A stretch of 64,000 nt of DNA from Deinococcus sp. (GTDB lineage Bacteria > Deinococcota > Deinococci > Deinococcales > Deinococcaceae), in assembly GCA_965261005.1 (NCBI GenBank), contig OZ253375.1, forward strand, positions 1,664,001 through 1,728,000, given 5' to 3'. Positions 10,197 to 19,995 of this stretch are shown in pieces. Numbering within the stretch: the first letter of the stretch is position 1; each line of letters opens with the position of its first letter. The translations under genes and the position numbers were made by a program. Under the pieces are notes generated by a model that did no database searches, was not told the origin of the DNA, and saw only the letters and a program-made list of their open reading frames with translations.

Positions 10197-10372
10197 TGCG
10201 AGGTCTGTTTGAGCTTCCTCGGTGAAACGGGGACACTCTTCGCCAGCGCTTCGGGGGTCAGCTTGCCGAGGTGGCGGCTGCCTTCCAAAAACGCTTTCCG
10301 ACGTGCTTCGGTCGTAGGGTCACGTAGCTCCGAGTAGAGGATGCGAAGGTAATCGGTTCGGGTAATTTTCAT
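10193..10372 (-). CDS. 59-aa protein, paralog of the GNAT partner at 44229 (putative antitoxin)
   Basis: MKITRTDYLRILYSELRDPTTEARRKAFLEGSRHLGKLTPEALAKSVPVSPRKLKQTSQ; GGGAGG RBS and TACACT upstream; too short for the ORF track. Confidence 0.8.
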   Translation of the reverse strand: MKITRTDYLRILYSELRDPTTEARRKAFLEGSRHLGKLTPEALAKSVPVSPRKLKQTSQ

Positions 10373-13352
10373 CGCCTGCCTCCCACTTGAGTGTAAGTAT
10401 CCAACGCTTCGCCCTCAAGGACGGGGCGCCCAATCGCAGGTGGTCGGTACACTGCCAGCGATCGGACATGGCCTGCTAGGCTTAACCCTTTGCTCACTCA
10501 ACGCATATATTTGAAATACTTCCTTTATTCATGGTATTCAAATCTGACTCATAGCCAGCACACGCCGCGTTATGGGCGGAGGAGAACATGGAGAAACAGC
10601 AGTTGAGGCAACTTCGTTCCTGTTTGGGCGCGCTCTTTGTGCTGGGCACGCTGGCCGCCTGCGGGGGGTCGCCCAAGCCGCCGGCAGAAACCGAGGCGAA
10701 CGCCACACCCTGGACCATGCCGGCGGGGCAGGTCGGCGCCCTCTCCCTCGACGCCGGCGACAACACCCTGAGCAACGAAACCCCCACCTCCGCCACCAAC
10801 GGCTACGGCCCCTTCGAGAAGAACACCAGCAACGGTCAGGCGACCGCCGGCGACGGCAAACCCATCACCCTGAACGGCACCGTCTACAAGACCGGCCTGG
10901 GCGTCCACGCCGCCTCCGAGCTGGTCTACGCCCTGAACGGCCAGTGCGCCGGCTTCACGGCCTCCGTCGGCGTGGACGACGAGGTGGGCAGCAATGGCAG
11001 CGTCGTGTTCCGGGTGTTCGCCGACGGCAGCAAGCTGTACGACTCCGGCGTGATGCGGGGGCCAGACAGTACCAAGAGCGTGAACGTCAACGTCGCAGGC
11101 AAAAAAGAACTGAAGCTAGTCGTACTCGACGCGGGCGACGGCAAGAGTTCCGACCACGCCGACTGGGCCGACGCCAAGCTGACAAGCTGCACCGCCACCC
11201 CTGCGGCGGCGGGCAGCGGCCTGACCGGCGAGTACTACGACAACGCCGACTTCACCGGCAGCAAGGTCACGCGGGTGGACGCCAGTATCAACCAGACCTT
11301 CGGCACCGCCGCCCCCGTCGCCGGCATCGCGCCGACCACCTACAGCGTGCGCTGGACCGGGCAGATCGTGCCCAAGTACAGCGAGACCTACACCTTCACC
11401 ACCACCGCCGACGACGGCGTGCGGCTGATGGTGAACGGGCAGGTGCTGGTGAACAACTGGGTCAACCAGCCGCCGACCAGCAAGAGCGGCACGGTCGCCC
11501 TCAAGGCCGGGGTGAAGTACGACATCCGCTTGGAGTACTACCAAAACACCGGCGGCGCGAGCGTCAAGCTGGAATGGCAGAGCGCCAGTCAGGCGAAGCA
11601 GATTATCCCGCCCGACCGGCTGTATTCAGGGGTGGCGGTCCCCCCAAGCGGACCCGAGGGCGTCATCGTCGAGGGCAACGACGTCCGCAGTACCACCGCA
11701 ACTGTGGGGCCGAGCGGAGGCAAGATTACGCTCGATGGCGCCACCGTGACCTTTCCCGCCGACGCCGTGCCCCAGGACACCGCCTTCACCCTGCGCTCGG
11801 TGAGCATCAGTCTGGCCGGACCTATGGGCGAAGGTCTCTCGCGCAAGTACACCCTGAGCGGCGCCCTCGACCACTTCAAGGCGCCCATTCAGGTCGAGCT
11901 TCCGACTATTTCGGCTGGCACGGCCGCAGCGCCTGTCATCAACGAGCTGTTTGCCAGCAGCGGCCAAGGACTCAGGAAGTCGGCCATCGAGACCAACGCG
12001 GCCACGCTGAGCATGTACGTTCTTGATTGGCCGGAAGCCAGCTCAAGCGCGTCGGGCGTTCGGGCCATGGCGACTGGGACCAAGTCTATGGAGTTCGCGG
12101 ATGCTACCAAGCTGCTTGCTGACGTTGCCGTAAGGTGTCAGTCGAGCGGCGGACTATTCAATAAATATTTTTGTGAGTGCCCCAAAGGCTCCGTAACAAG
12201 CCTGCTCATTGATAAAAGAAATCAATGCTACGCAACTTCGGGCTCCAGCACGTCTGCTGGCGCCGAAGTGGTAATGTATACTGCGAATCTGGGTAACGTT
12301 TTCCCGTGTAAGGATCTTCGGTCCAAGCTCTGCCATGTACTTGCCGAAGAAGACATCCGCAACGAAATCAGCTCGGTTGGCCCTAATCTACTGTCGCTTC
12401 AAGAACTCCTTGATTTGGGCGCATGTAAAGATCGAAGTCAATCATGTGACTCAAGCGCGGTCGTTCACAATGATGGTTTGCCCACACCGCAATTGAACCG
12501 TTTACTCGGCGGTTTCAATTACCAAACTGTCTGTGCTTTTCAAACCACAGGATCGCCAGGGCAGAAGTACGAATGCATCGCGTACGACGCGAAACTGACC
12601 TTCACCGGACAGAAGGTAGGTCACGGTCAGTCATGCAGCCTTGATACAGGCGCCTTTAGCGCAGAATTTTACGTCACTAACTCCAAAGATAAACTTCCGT
12701 TCTGGTTCACGGATGTGCATACAACAACGACCAATCCTGATACGGGCAAGGCTCAACTGTTTACTTTTTCGAATAAGTGTCGGGTTGCTCAAATCAAGGC
12801 AATCAGCACTTTCGTTAAAGATGGTAAACGGCGCTCGATCGTCGCGGGAGACTTTAATATTACGACCAATCTAATCAATGATGGCACAACTACTCTCAAC
12901 GAACTCGCGAGCAATCCCGATACGCATAAACCACGCTCAGATAGACTGGATTACACCTGGTATCACTTGCTACCACCTGGTACTCAAACAGCATTTTCGG
13001 CGTCGCCAATTTGGTTTATCGGTAGTGCAGACCTAGACCATGTATTGACTAACTTCCTGACAGGATCATGTCATGTGTATCAAGATGACTACACTTTTCC
13101 TGGGGTTTCAGTGGCCAGAGGTGGAGTCGAGCGTGATCACCGTGCGGTGGTGTGTGGTATACAGGGCTTCGATACTGCAAAGTTAACGCTGAAACCCACC
13201 GACCACTCCGAAGCGGACGATGATGCAGTTGCGCCGGTCCTGCCAAGTGCGACCGTCAAGCCCTACGCCTATGGCGTTTATATGGCTTACGCAACTGCAA
13301 ACAAGAATGCCGAAGGTGCCACCGTCTTGGACTCACCGCAGTATATACAGGT

Positions 13353-14829
13353 GTATTTGATTAGCGAGGTGGTAGGGAGAGAGAGTGTCTTGTAGGGTAA
13401 GCGGGATGAGCGGCGAGGCGACCCCCAGCGTGACCGAACTCCTGGAGTTGGTGCGTACCCTCACCGCTCGCATCGAACGCCTCGAAGCCGAAAATAGACA
13501 ACTGCACGAAGAAAACGCTCGGCTCAGGAAGCGGATCGAAGAGTTGGAGCGTCGCCAGAAGAAGCATGTCGCCCCCTTCAGCCGAGGCACCCCCAAGGCG
13601 AACCCTCAGCCGAGTGGACGCCGCGCGGGGCAGGGCGCGTTCACCTTCCGCGCGCCACCTGAGAACGAGGACATCACCCGTGTCGTGGATGTTCTCCTGC
13701 CCGCTCAGTGTCGGTGCGGTGGGGCGCTCGACGCGAGCCACACCGACCTCGCCACTGTCACGGACCTCCCGGAGCGCCGTCCCCAAGTGACGGCCTACCA
13801 CCTCGCCGTGGGGCAGTGTCGGCACTGTGGTCGCCGCGTGCGAGCGACGCACCCGGACGTGCGTGAGGATCAACGAGGGGCCACCGCCCACCGTCTGGGT
13901 CCGGAGGTGCTGAGCCTTGCTCACGCGCTGCACTATGATCTCGGTGTACCGGTTCGGAAAGTTCCTGAGGTGCTGCGCCTCACCAGCGGGCTGAGGGTGA
14001 CGCAGGGGGCGCTGACGCAAGACGCGTTGCGACAAAGCCAAGAGGGCAGCGCGCTGTCAGGCGAGTACCGGCAGTTGCGCGATGACGTGCAACGGCAGCC
14101 CTTGGTCCATCAGGACGACACGGGCTGGCGGGTGCACGGGGAACAAGCCTGGCTCCAGGTGTTCCGCACACCGGTCTCGGTGGTGTACCAAATTCGCGCG
14201 CGGCACACCCACGCCGAGGTGCAGGAGGTGGTGCCGCAGAACTACGCGGGCGTGTTGTGCGTGGACCGCTTTAGCAGCTACGACCACGCCAGCTTCAAAG
14301 ACGTAGCACAGCAGAAGTGCATTCACCATGTCATCCGCTCGTGTGAAGCGGCGCTAGAGGACCAGCACGGCAAGCGAGGACGGGGACGGGACTTTGCGCG
14401 GAGCTTGCTCGAAGACTTCCGGGCGGCTTTGATGTTGCACGCGCGCTTCCAACAGGGAGACTGCACGCTCGACAAGTACCGTCAGCGTGGAGAGGCGCTG
14501 CGTTTGAAGATCGAGAAGCGCCTGTTCGCCTCGTGTCGTTCACGAGAAAACAAACGGCTGGTGCGCGGCATCCGCAAGCATCACCAGCGGGAGAATCTGC
14601 TGCGCTTTCTGATGGACCCGAACGTACCGCCGACCAACAACGCGGCGGAGCGGGCACTTCGACCGGCGGTGATCGCGCGCAAGGTGTCGCAGTGCAGCAA
14701 GTCCTTCGGGGGCAGCGAGGCGTTCGCCATCTTCAAGTCCATTACGCAAACGGCCCGCCTCGCTGGACTCGATCCCTTCCAAACCCTGCTTGACCACCGA
14801 CAGCAACAAAACACCCGCTAATCACATAC
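13353..14829 (+). mobile_element. IS66 family element (single ORF, ISBst12-like), copy 1
   Basis: Ends GTATTTGATTAGCG and CGCTAATCACATAC; 8-bp target duplication ATACAGGT at 13345-13352 and 14830-14837. Confidence 0.93.
13406..14821 (+). CDS. IS66 family DDE transposase
   Basis: N-terminal coiled coil, Cys pairs, HQDDTGWRV, CVDRFSSY, QKCIHH, PPTNNAAERALRPAV. Confidence 0.93.
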   Translation: MSGEATPSVTELLELVRTLTARIERLEAENRQLHEENARLRKRIEELERRQKKHVAPFSRGTPKANPQPSGRRAGQGAFTFRAPPENEDITRVVDVLLPAQCRCGGALDASHTDLATVTDLPERRPQVTAYHLAVGQCRHCGRRVRATHPDVREDQRGATAHRLGPEVLSLAHALHYDLGVPVRKVPEVLRLTSGLRVTQGALTQDALRQSQEGSALSGEYRQLRDDVQRQPLVHQDDTGWRVHGEQAWLQVFRTPVSVVYQIRARHTHAEVQEVVPQNYAGVLCVDRFSSYDHASFKDVAQQKCIHHVIRSCEAALEDQHGKRGRGRDFARSLLEDFRAALMLHARFQQGDCTLDKYRQRGEALRLKIEKRLFASCRSRENKRLVRGIRKHHQRENLLRFLMDPNVPPTNNAAERALRPAVIARKVSQCSKSFGGSEAFAIFKSITQTARLAGLDPFQTLLDHRQQQNTR

Positions 14830-15918
14830 ATACAGGTCTACTCACGGGCCGAGGATGCCGACTTCATCGCCTATCAGCAAGACGACGTCAATCCTTTAAT
14901 CCCTGCGGACAGTTGCACAAACTTATCTGCCAAAGCCTGCGGCACCATACAGATGGACACGCAGTCAGCAAGCCAACTCCTGCCCCTATCGAGACCAATT
15001 CTGAAGTGGGACAAGACGTACAGCAATCAGTACGACGGCCCGAAACAGATGTGTGCCTTCTGGGCCGGTTTGACCGTCCTCAACGTCAAGGCTGAATTCC
15101 GGAGCGACACCGTCACTCCGTTCTGGGTTAGGCACCAAGACGCGTTCGTCAGCCTAGACGGGCAGCCGCAGACTCCGTTTCTCACAACAGACCCCTACGA
15201 GGACTCGTTTGCGACGATGGTCTACCTCCACCGTTCCTGCAATTACTCAGCTGGCGCGCATGAGGTGAAGGCCGGATACAAGCTGGCGACGCGAAATCTG
15301 TTCTCCAAACCCCTGTCGATCAATAACTTCGACAACCGCTGGCCCGGCAAGACCTGGAACAGCACCGATCTCACCGCGCTGCTGCCCAACTGCCCGCCCA
15401 TCAGTATCACCGGCTCCTTGCGCGATCAAAGCGGTGAACAGACTATTCAGCAGTACCCCAGTCTCGCGCCTGGGGCGAGCGCCGACTTCTTTGCCCTGGC
15501 GAACGGGACACAGTCACACGCATACGACGCCTCATTCTCGTCGCTTGACCCCAAGCATCCCATTTCGCGCTACGGCTCCGTGGTGCCCGTCGCGCCACTA
15601 CCGTTCGATCAATATCCTTACACGTACCGGGGCACGGACGCCTTCTTCCACTTTCTGGTGACGTGGCAGGGGATGTGCAGTACGTCAAATAGTGTGAATG
15701 CTCAGGGGCTGAACACTACGTCGGCGGGACCCAGCGTTCAACTGTTCGCTCCGCCCGTTCTCCAAGGGCAGACTTCAGAAGACGTCAAACTCCGTTTGTC
15801 GCAGGAGCAACCTGCCAGTGTAAGCACAACGATCAATTTGCGCCGTCGCTAAGTTTTAGAGACAGTGCAATCATAATTATGATTGCACTGTCTCTACTCC
15901 GAGTCCGTAGAAGGCTAT

Positions 15919-16206
15919 ATGAAAGAATATAACAGATGGTTTAACATATATTCGTTTATGGGAATAGTATCAAGCCTAATTTATAATTATTTCTTCTTTC
16001 GTTATACATTATTCATTTTAGATGTAGGTAGAATCGACCCAATAACAAAGGCATATCTATTTGTAGCTTTAGGTGTTTTATCTATAATAATATCAACTAG
16101 GTTAAATTTAAATGCGGATATATATACTTTTACACTTAATTTTATTGGTTACTTTCTGGTCTTCAATTTTATTTTTATAATAGTAGCATCTTGGGCTACC
16201 GTTTAA
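15919..16206 (+). CDS. AT-rich small membrane protein, unknown function
   Basis: 95 codons, about three hydrophobic segments, far more AT-rich than the backbone. Confidence 0.5.
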   Translation: MKEYNRWFNIYSFMGIVSSLIYNYFFFRYTLFILDVGRIDPITKAYLFVALGVLSIIISTRLNLNADIYTFTLNFIGYFLVFNFIFIIVASWATV

Positions 16207-16246
16207 AATACCTCGTTTAAGGGTCGACAACGGCAGTGCGTCCAGC

Positions 16247-17408
16247 CTCAGTACCCGACAGGAAGGTCTAAAGGTCGTGTAGGCGAGGAAGAGACAGCAG
16301 TGCCGGGACAAACTGTGGTTGATGAGTACCCAGCCCCCCGGCACCACTGACGCTACCCTGCGCGCGCTCGTCGCGCAACACCTGCCCGGACGCCGCTCTG
16401 ACCAGCGCGCTCGTCTCGCCGATATGTTGCTCGCTACCGTCCACGCCCAGCACGTCACTCACCGCAAACTCGCCCAGCACTTGCCGGGTGACGCCCGACC
16501 CGAAAGCAAAGAACGTCGCGTCGCCCGCTTCTTCGCCGCAGAGACCTTCACTCAGCACGAGGCCGCCCAACTGATCCTGCCGCTGTTGGGGAGCGGCAAG
16601 TTGACGCTCGCGATGGACCGCACCAACTGGCGCTATGGGCAATATGATCACAACATCTTGGTGATTGGGGCGGTGTTTGCTGGCTACGCTCTCCCCTTGG
16701 TGTGGGACGTGCTGGACCATGGCGGTGCCAGTTCGACCGCTGCCAGAATCGCGCTGCTCGACCGGCTGCTGAGCGTCATTCCCGCACAGCGCATTGCGGT
16801 GCTGCTGGCCGACCGTGAGTTCGTGGGCAAAGACTGGTTCGCGGCCCTGGAACAACGACGGCTCAAGCGCTGCATCCGCATTCGTGAGGACACCCTGCTC
16901 GATGACATCGCGGTTCGAGACGCCTTTGCACACCTGACGCCCGGCGAGGTGCGCGGCCTGCTCGACAAAGAGGTGGTCTACGGCGCTGAGATGCAGGTGG
17001 TTGCCACGCTGTCTAGCGAGGGCGAGCGGGTGGTGATCGCCTCGGACCTCTCGCTGTTCGACACCTGTGAGCGCTACCGGTCGCGCTGGTCCATCGAATG
17101 CACCTTCGGCGCCTACAAGCTGCGCAGCCTCAATCTGGAGGCGACCCACATGACCGACCCCGCCCGCATTGAAACGCTGGTTGGACTGCTCACCGTCGCC
17201 TTTGTCTGGGCATTGTTGGTCGGTCTGGTGCGGGAACAGGAGGCGCCCGTACGGCTCAAAACGCACGGGCGCAAAGCCAAGAGCACCTTCCTGACCGGCC
17301 TCGATCTGCTTGTGGACGCCCTCAAGTGGAATCTTGAGCGCGCCAGGTCCTGTCTGGCCCTGCTCTTCCCGGTCCTTGCTCCGCCTCAGCAACCTGTCGG
17401 GTACTGAG
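16247..17408 (+). mobile_element. IS4 family element
   Basis: 16-bp perfect terminal inverted repeats CTCAGTACCCGACAGG and CCTGTCGGGTACTGAG; 9-bp target duplication GCGTCCAGC at 16238-16246 and 17409-17417. Confidence 0.92.
16322..17407 (+). CDS. IS4 family transposase
   Basis: LAMDRTNW, LLADREFVG, YRSRWSIECTFGAYK (YREK motif). Confidence 0.93.
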   Translation: MSTQPPGTTDATLRALVAQHLPGRRSDQRARLADMLLATVHAQHVTHRKLAQHLPGDARPESKERRVARFFAAETFTQHEAAQLILPLLGSGKLTLAMDRTNWRYGQYDHNILVIGAVFAGYALPLVWDVLDHGGASSTAARIALLDRLLSVIPAQRIAVLLADREFVGKDWFAALEQRRLKRCIRIREDTLLDDIAVRDAFAHLTPGEVRGLLDKEVVYGAEMQVVATLSSEGERVVIASDLSLFDTCERYRSRWSIECTFGAYKLRSLNLEATHMTDPARIETLVGLLTVAFVWALLVGLVREQEAPVRLKTHGRKAKSTFLTGLDLLVDALKWNLERARSCLALLFPVLAPPQQPVGY

Positions 17409-17447
17409 GCGTCCAGCACGTCAGTATCTGGATGGTCCTTGGATCAG

Positions 17448-17987
17448 GGTAGTGGCTGTTCTAGCGTGATACATTAAGTGGATGGAGTTGAGTTGTCCGC
17501 ACTGTGGAAGCGAGCGGGTGGTGAGGAACGGGAAGAGCGCCGCAGGCGAGCAGACGTACTTGTGTAAAGCGTGTGGCCGCCGTTTTCGTCCCGGTGCTGT
17601 TCCGGTGGCGCACAGCGAAGAGGTCAGGCAGCAGGTGTTCACGGCGCTTGCCGAGCGTTCGAGTATCCGAGGCGTCGAGCGGCAGTTCGGCATCCACCGC
17701 AACACGGTCATCCGCTGGCTTAAAAAAAAGCCGAGCAGCTGAGCACCATTGCGCCTGTTCCCGAAGGGCTGGCTCCTGAGGAACTGGTGATCGAGCTGGA
17801 CGAGGTGTGGAGTTTTGTTGGGAGCAAGCAGCAGCCGGTGTGGTTGTGGTTCGCGTTGGAACGCACGACGCGCCGGATTCTGGGCTGGGTTGTCGGAGAT
17901 CGCAGCCAGGAGACGGCCTTCAAGCTGTGGGACGCCTTGCCACTGACGTACGAACAGCGGCTGAAGGCGACCTTCTGTACCGACTTA
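17448..17987 (+). mobile_element. IS1 family element, 3'-truncated (insA 17482-17742, insB' in the -1 frame)
   Basis: Begins GGTAGTGG; Ins[18 protein letters not shown] zinc ribbon plus HTH; A8 slippery run at 17722-17729; Ins[17 protein letters not shown] stops before the last catalytic region; no right end seen. Confidence 0.88.
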
Positions 17988-18005
17988 TTTTTTCGAGTAC
18001 AGTTT

Positions 18006-18392
18006 GTGTATGACGACTTGTATGACACGGCGGGCAGTGTCGAGCCGTGTGAGGAGCCTGCCGAGAGCGGCCTGCGCTGGGGCCTGGATTGGGACGAGGG
18101 CAACCGGAAGCACTTCAGGGAGACGGCACGCTTGACCCCTGGGCAGGTCGAGACCGGGATAGAAGGCGGCTACGTCTTTTTGGAAGCCGACCTGGAACAC
18201 GACTGCCGCTACCGCTATCTCTTCCAGCCCGAGCCACCGCTGACTGCCGTGCAGTTCGTCGAAACGCCGGTGTTCCGGCTGATTATTGACACCAGCAGGG
18301 GCACCTTCCGGCCCGTCACCGCCTTCAGAGAGACCAACGCGCGCCACCAACAGCTTTACCTCGATCACAAGCGAAGGGGGGAATTGGAATGA
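18006..18392 (+). CDS. BrnT-like (RelE superfamily) putative toxin; start uncertain
   Basis: [32 protein letters not shown] follows the BrnT/DUF497 pattern; in frame with the InsB remnant in the ORF track. Confidence 0.65.
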   Translation: MYDDLYDTAGSVEPCEEPAESGLRWGLDWDEGNRKHFRETARLTPGQVETGIEGGYVFLEADLEHDCRYRYLFQPEPPLTAVQFVETPVFRLIIDTSRGTFRPVTAFRETNARHQQLYLDHKRRGELE

Positions 18393-18781
18393 CCAGACGT
18401 ACCAAACAAGAAGCCGTGCCCGTCGAACTGGTGTCGGTGCGGCTCCACAAACCCACCCTCGACCGCCTCGACAGCGTCGCCGAGCGTACCCACGGCAACC
18501 GGACGGACGTGATTCGGCGCGCCCTGGCGACCTACTTCCGCCTGGGGTCGGCCATTCTGGTGCCCGTCTCACCGCAGACGCGCCGCCGCTTGGTGGACCT
18601 CGCCGATAAGAAGCAGATCGCCGCCGAGGCATTGGCCGAGAAACTTTTTGATTCTGCGGTGGAAAGTGCTTTTCAGTCTGAGGTGGAGGTTTTTAGAACG
18701 AGTTTCTCCCAGCGAATTGACCGATCAAACGAGTACTCGCCAATGAAGGTCAGCAGGCAAGATATCCGTTATGCAAAATGA
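18389..18781 (+). CDS. Ribbon-helix-helix (CopG-like) putative antitoxin with C-terminal extension
   Basis: [32 protein letters not shown]; second RHH-like unit; about 40-aa tail; ATGA overlap with the upstream gene. Confidence 0.78.
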   Translation: MTRRTKQEAVPVELVSVRLHKPTLDRLDSVAERTHGNRTDVIRRALATYFRLGSAILVPVSPQTRRRLVDLADKKQIAAEALAEKLFDSAVESAFQSEVEVFRTSFSQRIDRSNEYSPMKVSRQDIRYAK

Positions 18782-19160
18782 GGCCCCTTGGTCACTTCAA
18801 AACATTCTCCTTCCTGTTGCCTCTTGGAACCTGGAGGACTTGGGAGAGGGGGAGGTCCAAGCGTCACTTGACATAGAGATATCGAACCACGAGCGACAAC
18901 CAGGGGTGGTTGCCTTCGAGTGTTCAGTCTCGATAAGGTTGCACGAGGCGGAAAGCGAAGACAGCAGAGGTCAGATACAACTGAAGGTAGATATAATCAC
19001 AGCCTTGACCGGGTTCTCGTTTCGACAACTCCAGGAAGCCCCCGACTTGGACAGGCGTTTCAAGGACTATGTGGTGCAAGTGTTGATCGGGTATGCTCGC
19101 GCCGTCGTACTGCGCATTGGGCAGGACGCTGGTTTGCGAAGCCCTTTGCTTTTGCCGTAA
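18771..19160 (+). CDS. SecB-like chaperone
   Basis: 129 aa; alternating beta-strand pattern and terminal VLIGYARAVVLRIGQDAGLRSPLLLP resembling SecB LFPYARxxIxxxxxxGxFPPLxLP. Confidence 0.72.
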   Translation: MQNEAPWSLQNILLPVASWNLEDLGEGEVQASLDIEISNHERQPGVVAFECSVSIRLHEAESEDSRGQIQLKVDIITALTGFSFRQLQEAPDLDRRFKDYVVQVLIGYARAVVLRIGQDAGLRSPLLLP

Positions 19161-19240
19161 GCACGTTTGACGACCATAAAAAGAGCGCTGCTTGGATCGC
19201 GACAAACCCAAGCAGCGCCGAACACCACAGTATTTTTCGC

Positions 19241-19909
19241 TCAGTCCGCCGCCCCGGCCATGCTGCCCGCCTGGACGTTCTCCTTTTCGGCGTCGGCTTC
19301 CAGCTTGGCCTTGATCTTCTTGAGGCGGAAGCTCTCCTCGCGCTCGCGCTGATCGAGCACGCCGCGAATGAAGCGGATGTCGTCCTGAATGCCGGGCACC
19401 ACCACCTGCTCCAGCGCGTTCACCCGCCGCGAGGTCTTCTTGATCTCCTCGCCGATGCGCCGCAGCTTGGTCTCGGTGGCCGCCACCTTGATGAGGGCCT
19501 GCATGACGGTCTGAAAGTCGGTCGCGGCCTGAATGGTGCGCGCCCCGACCGTGATGGGGGAAAAGTTGGCGGCCGTCCCGGTTTCGGGCAGCTCGATGCG
19601 CGGCACCTTGACGCCGTAGACGCTCTCGATCTGCATGTTAACGGTCAGCTCGCCGCTTTGGGCCAGGCTCAGGCTCTCGACGGCCTCGGGGCTGTCCCAG
19701 GCTTTGGCGCCGAACAGCGAGGTATAGGCGCCCTTGGAGACGCCCGACAGCTCCTCGCGGGCCGCGAGGGCGTCCTTGACCAGGGCGAAGAACTCGCCGA
19801 TCAGGGCGTCGCGCTTGCGCTTCAACAGCTCCGCGCCGTTGGTCGCCAGCTTGAGCTGCGCCTTGGAGCCGAGAAGGGCGGTACGGGTGGGGCTGATCTG
19901 TCCGGCCAT
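19241..19909 (-). CDS. atpD: V/A-type ATP synthase subunit D
   Basis: ISPTR..LLKRKRDAL..IKKTSRRVNALE. Confidence 0.96.
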   Translation of the reverse strand: MAGQISPTRTALLGSKAQLKLATNGAELLKRKRDALIGEFFALVKDALAAREELSGVSKGAYTSLFGAKAWDSPEAVESLSLAQSGELTVNMQIESVYGVKVPRIELPETGTAANFSPITVGARTIQAATDFQTVMQALIKVAATETKLRRIGEEIKKTSRRVNALEQVVVPGIQDDIRFIRGVLDQREREESFRLKKIKAKLEADAEKENVQAGSMAGAAD

Positions 19910-19946
19910 CTGTTACCTCCGGCGGGAATAAAGACTATCTGCTGTG

Positions 19947-19987
19947 CTCCCCTCTCCCCTTGCGGGAGAGGGGCCGGGGGTGAGGGG
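19947..19987 (-). repeat. Intergenic palindromic repeat, copy 2 (between subunit B and D genes)
   Basis: Reverse complement matches 9172-9210. Confidence 0.85.
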
Positions 19988-19995
19988 GGTCTCCC

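Larger units (their letters stand above)
10588..15852 (+). pseudogene. Large lipoprotein (NPCBM + PA14 + ZU5-like + EEP nuclease/phosphatase + unknown C-terminal domain) split by IS66
   Basis: Lipobox LAAC; GLGVHAASE..VGVDDE..DHADWADA (NPCBM); GLTGEYYDN..YSVRWTG..DDGVRL (PA14); YTANL..LQEL..VAGDFN..LDHVL..DHRAV (EEP). Joining 10588-13352 to 14838-15852 gives one open frame of 1259 aa. Confidence 0.85.

Noticed and set aside
16221..17447. Sequence around the IS4 empty site reading PDPRTIQILTCWTHC on the minus strand, like a YoeB/Txe C-terminus
   Set aside because: Only about 15 codons, and the plus strand reads equally plausibly; not supportable.
17787..18392. Track ORF of 201 aa as a single natural transposase
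   Set aside because: It is a chimera of an IS1 InsB fragment and an unrelated BrnT-like sequence.
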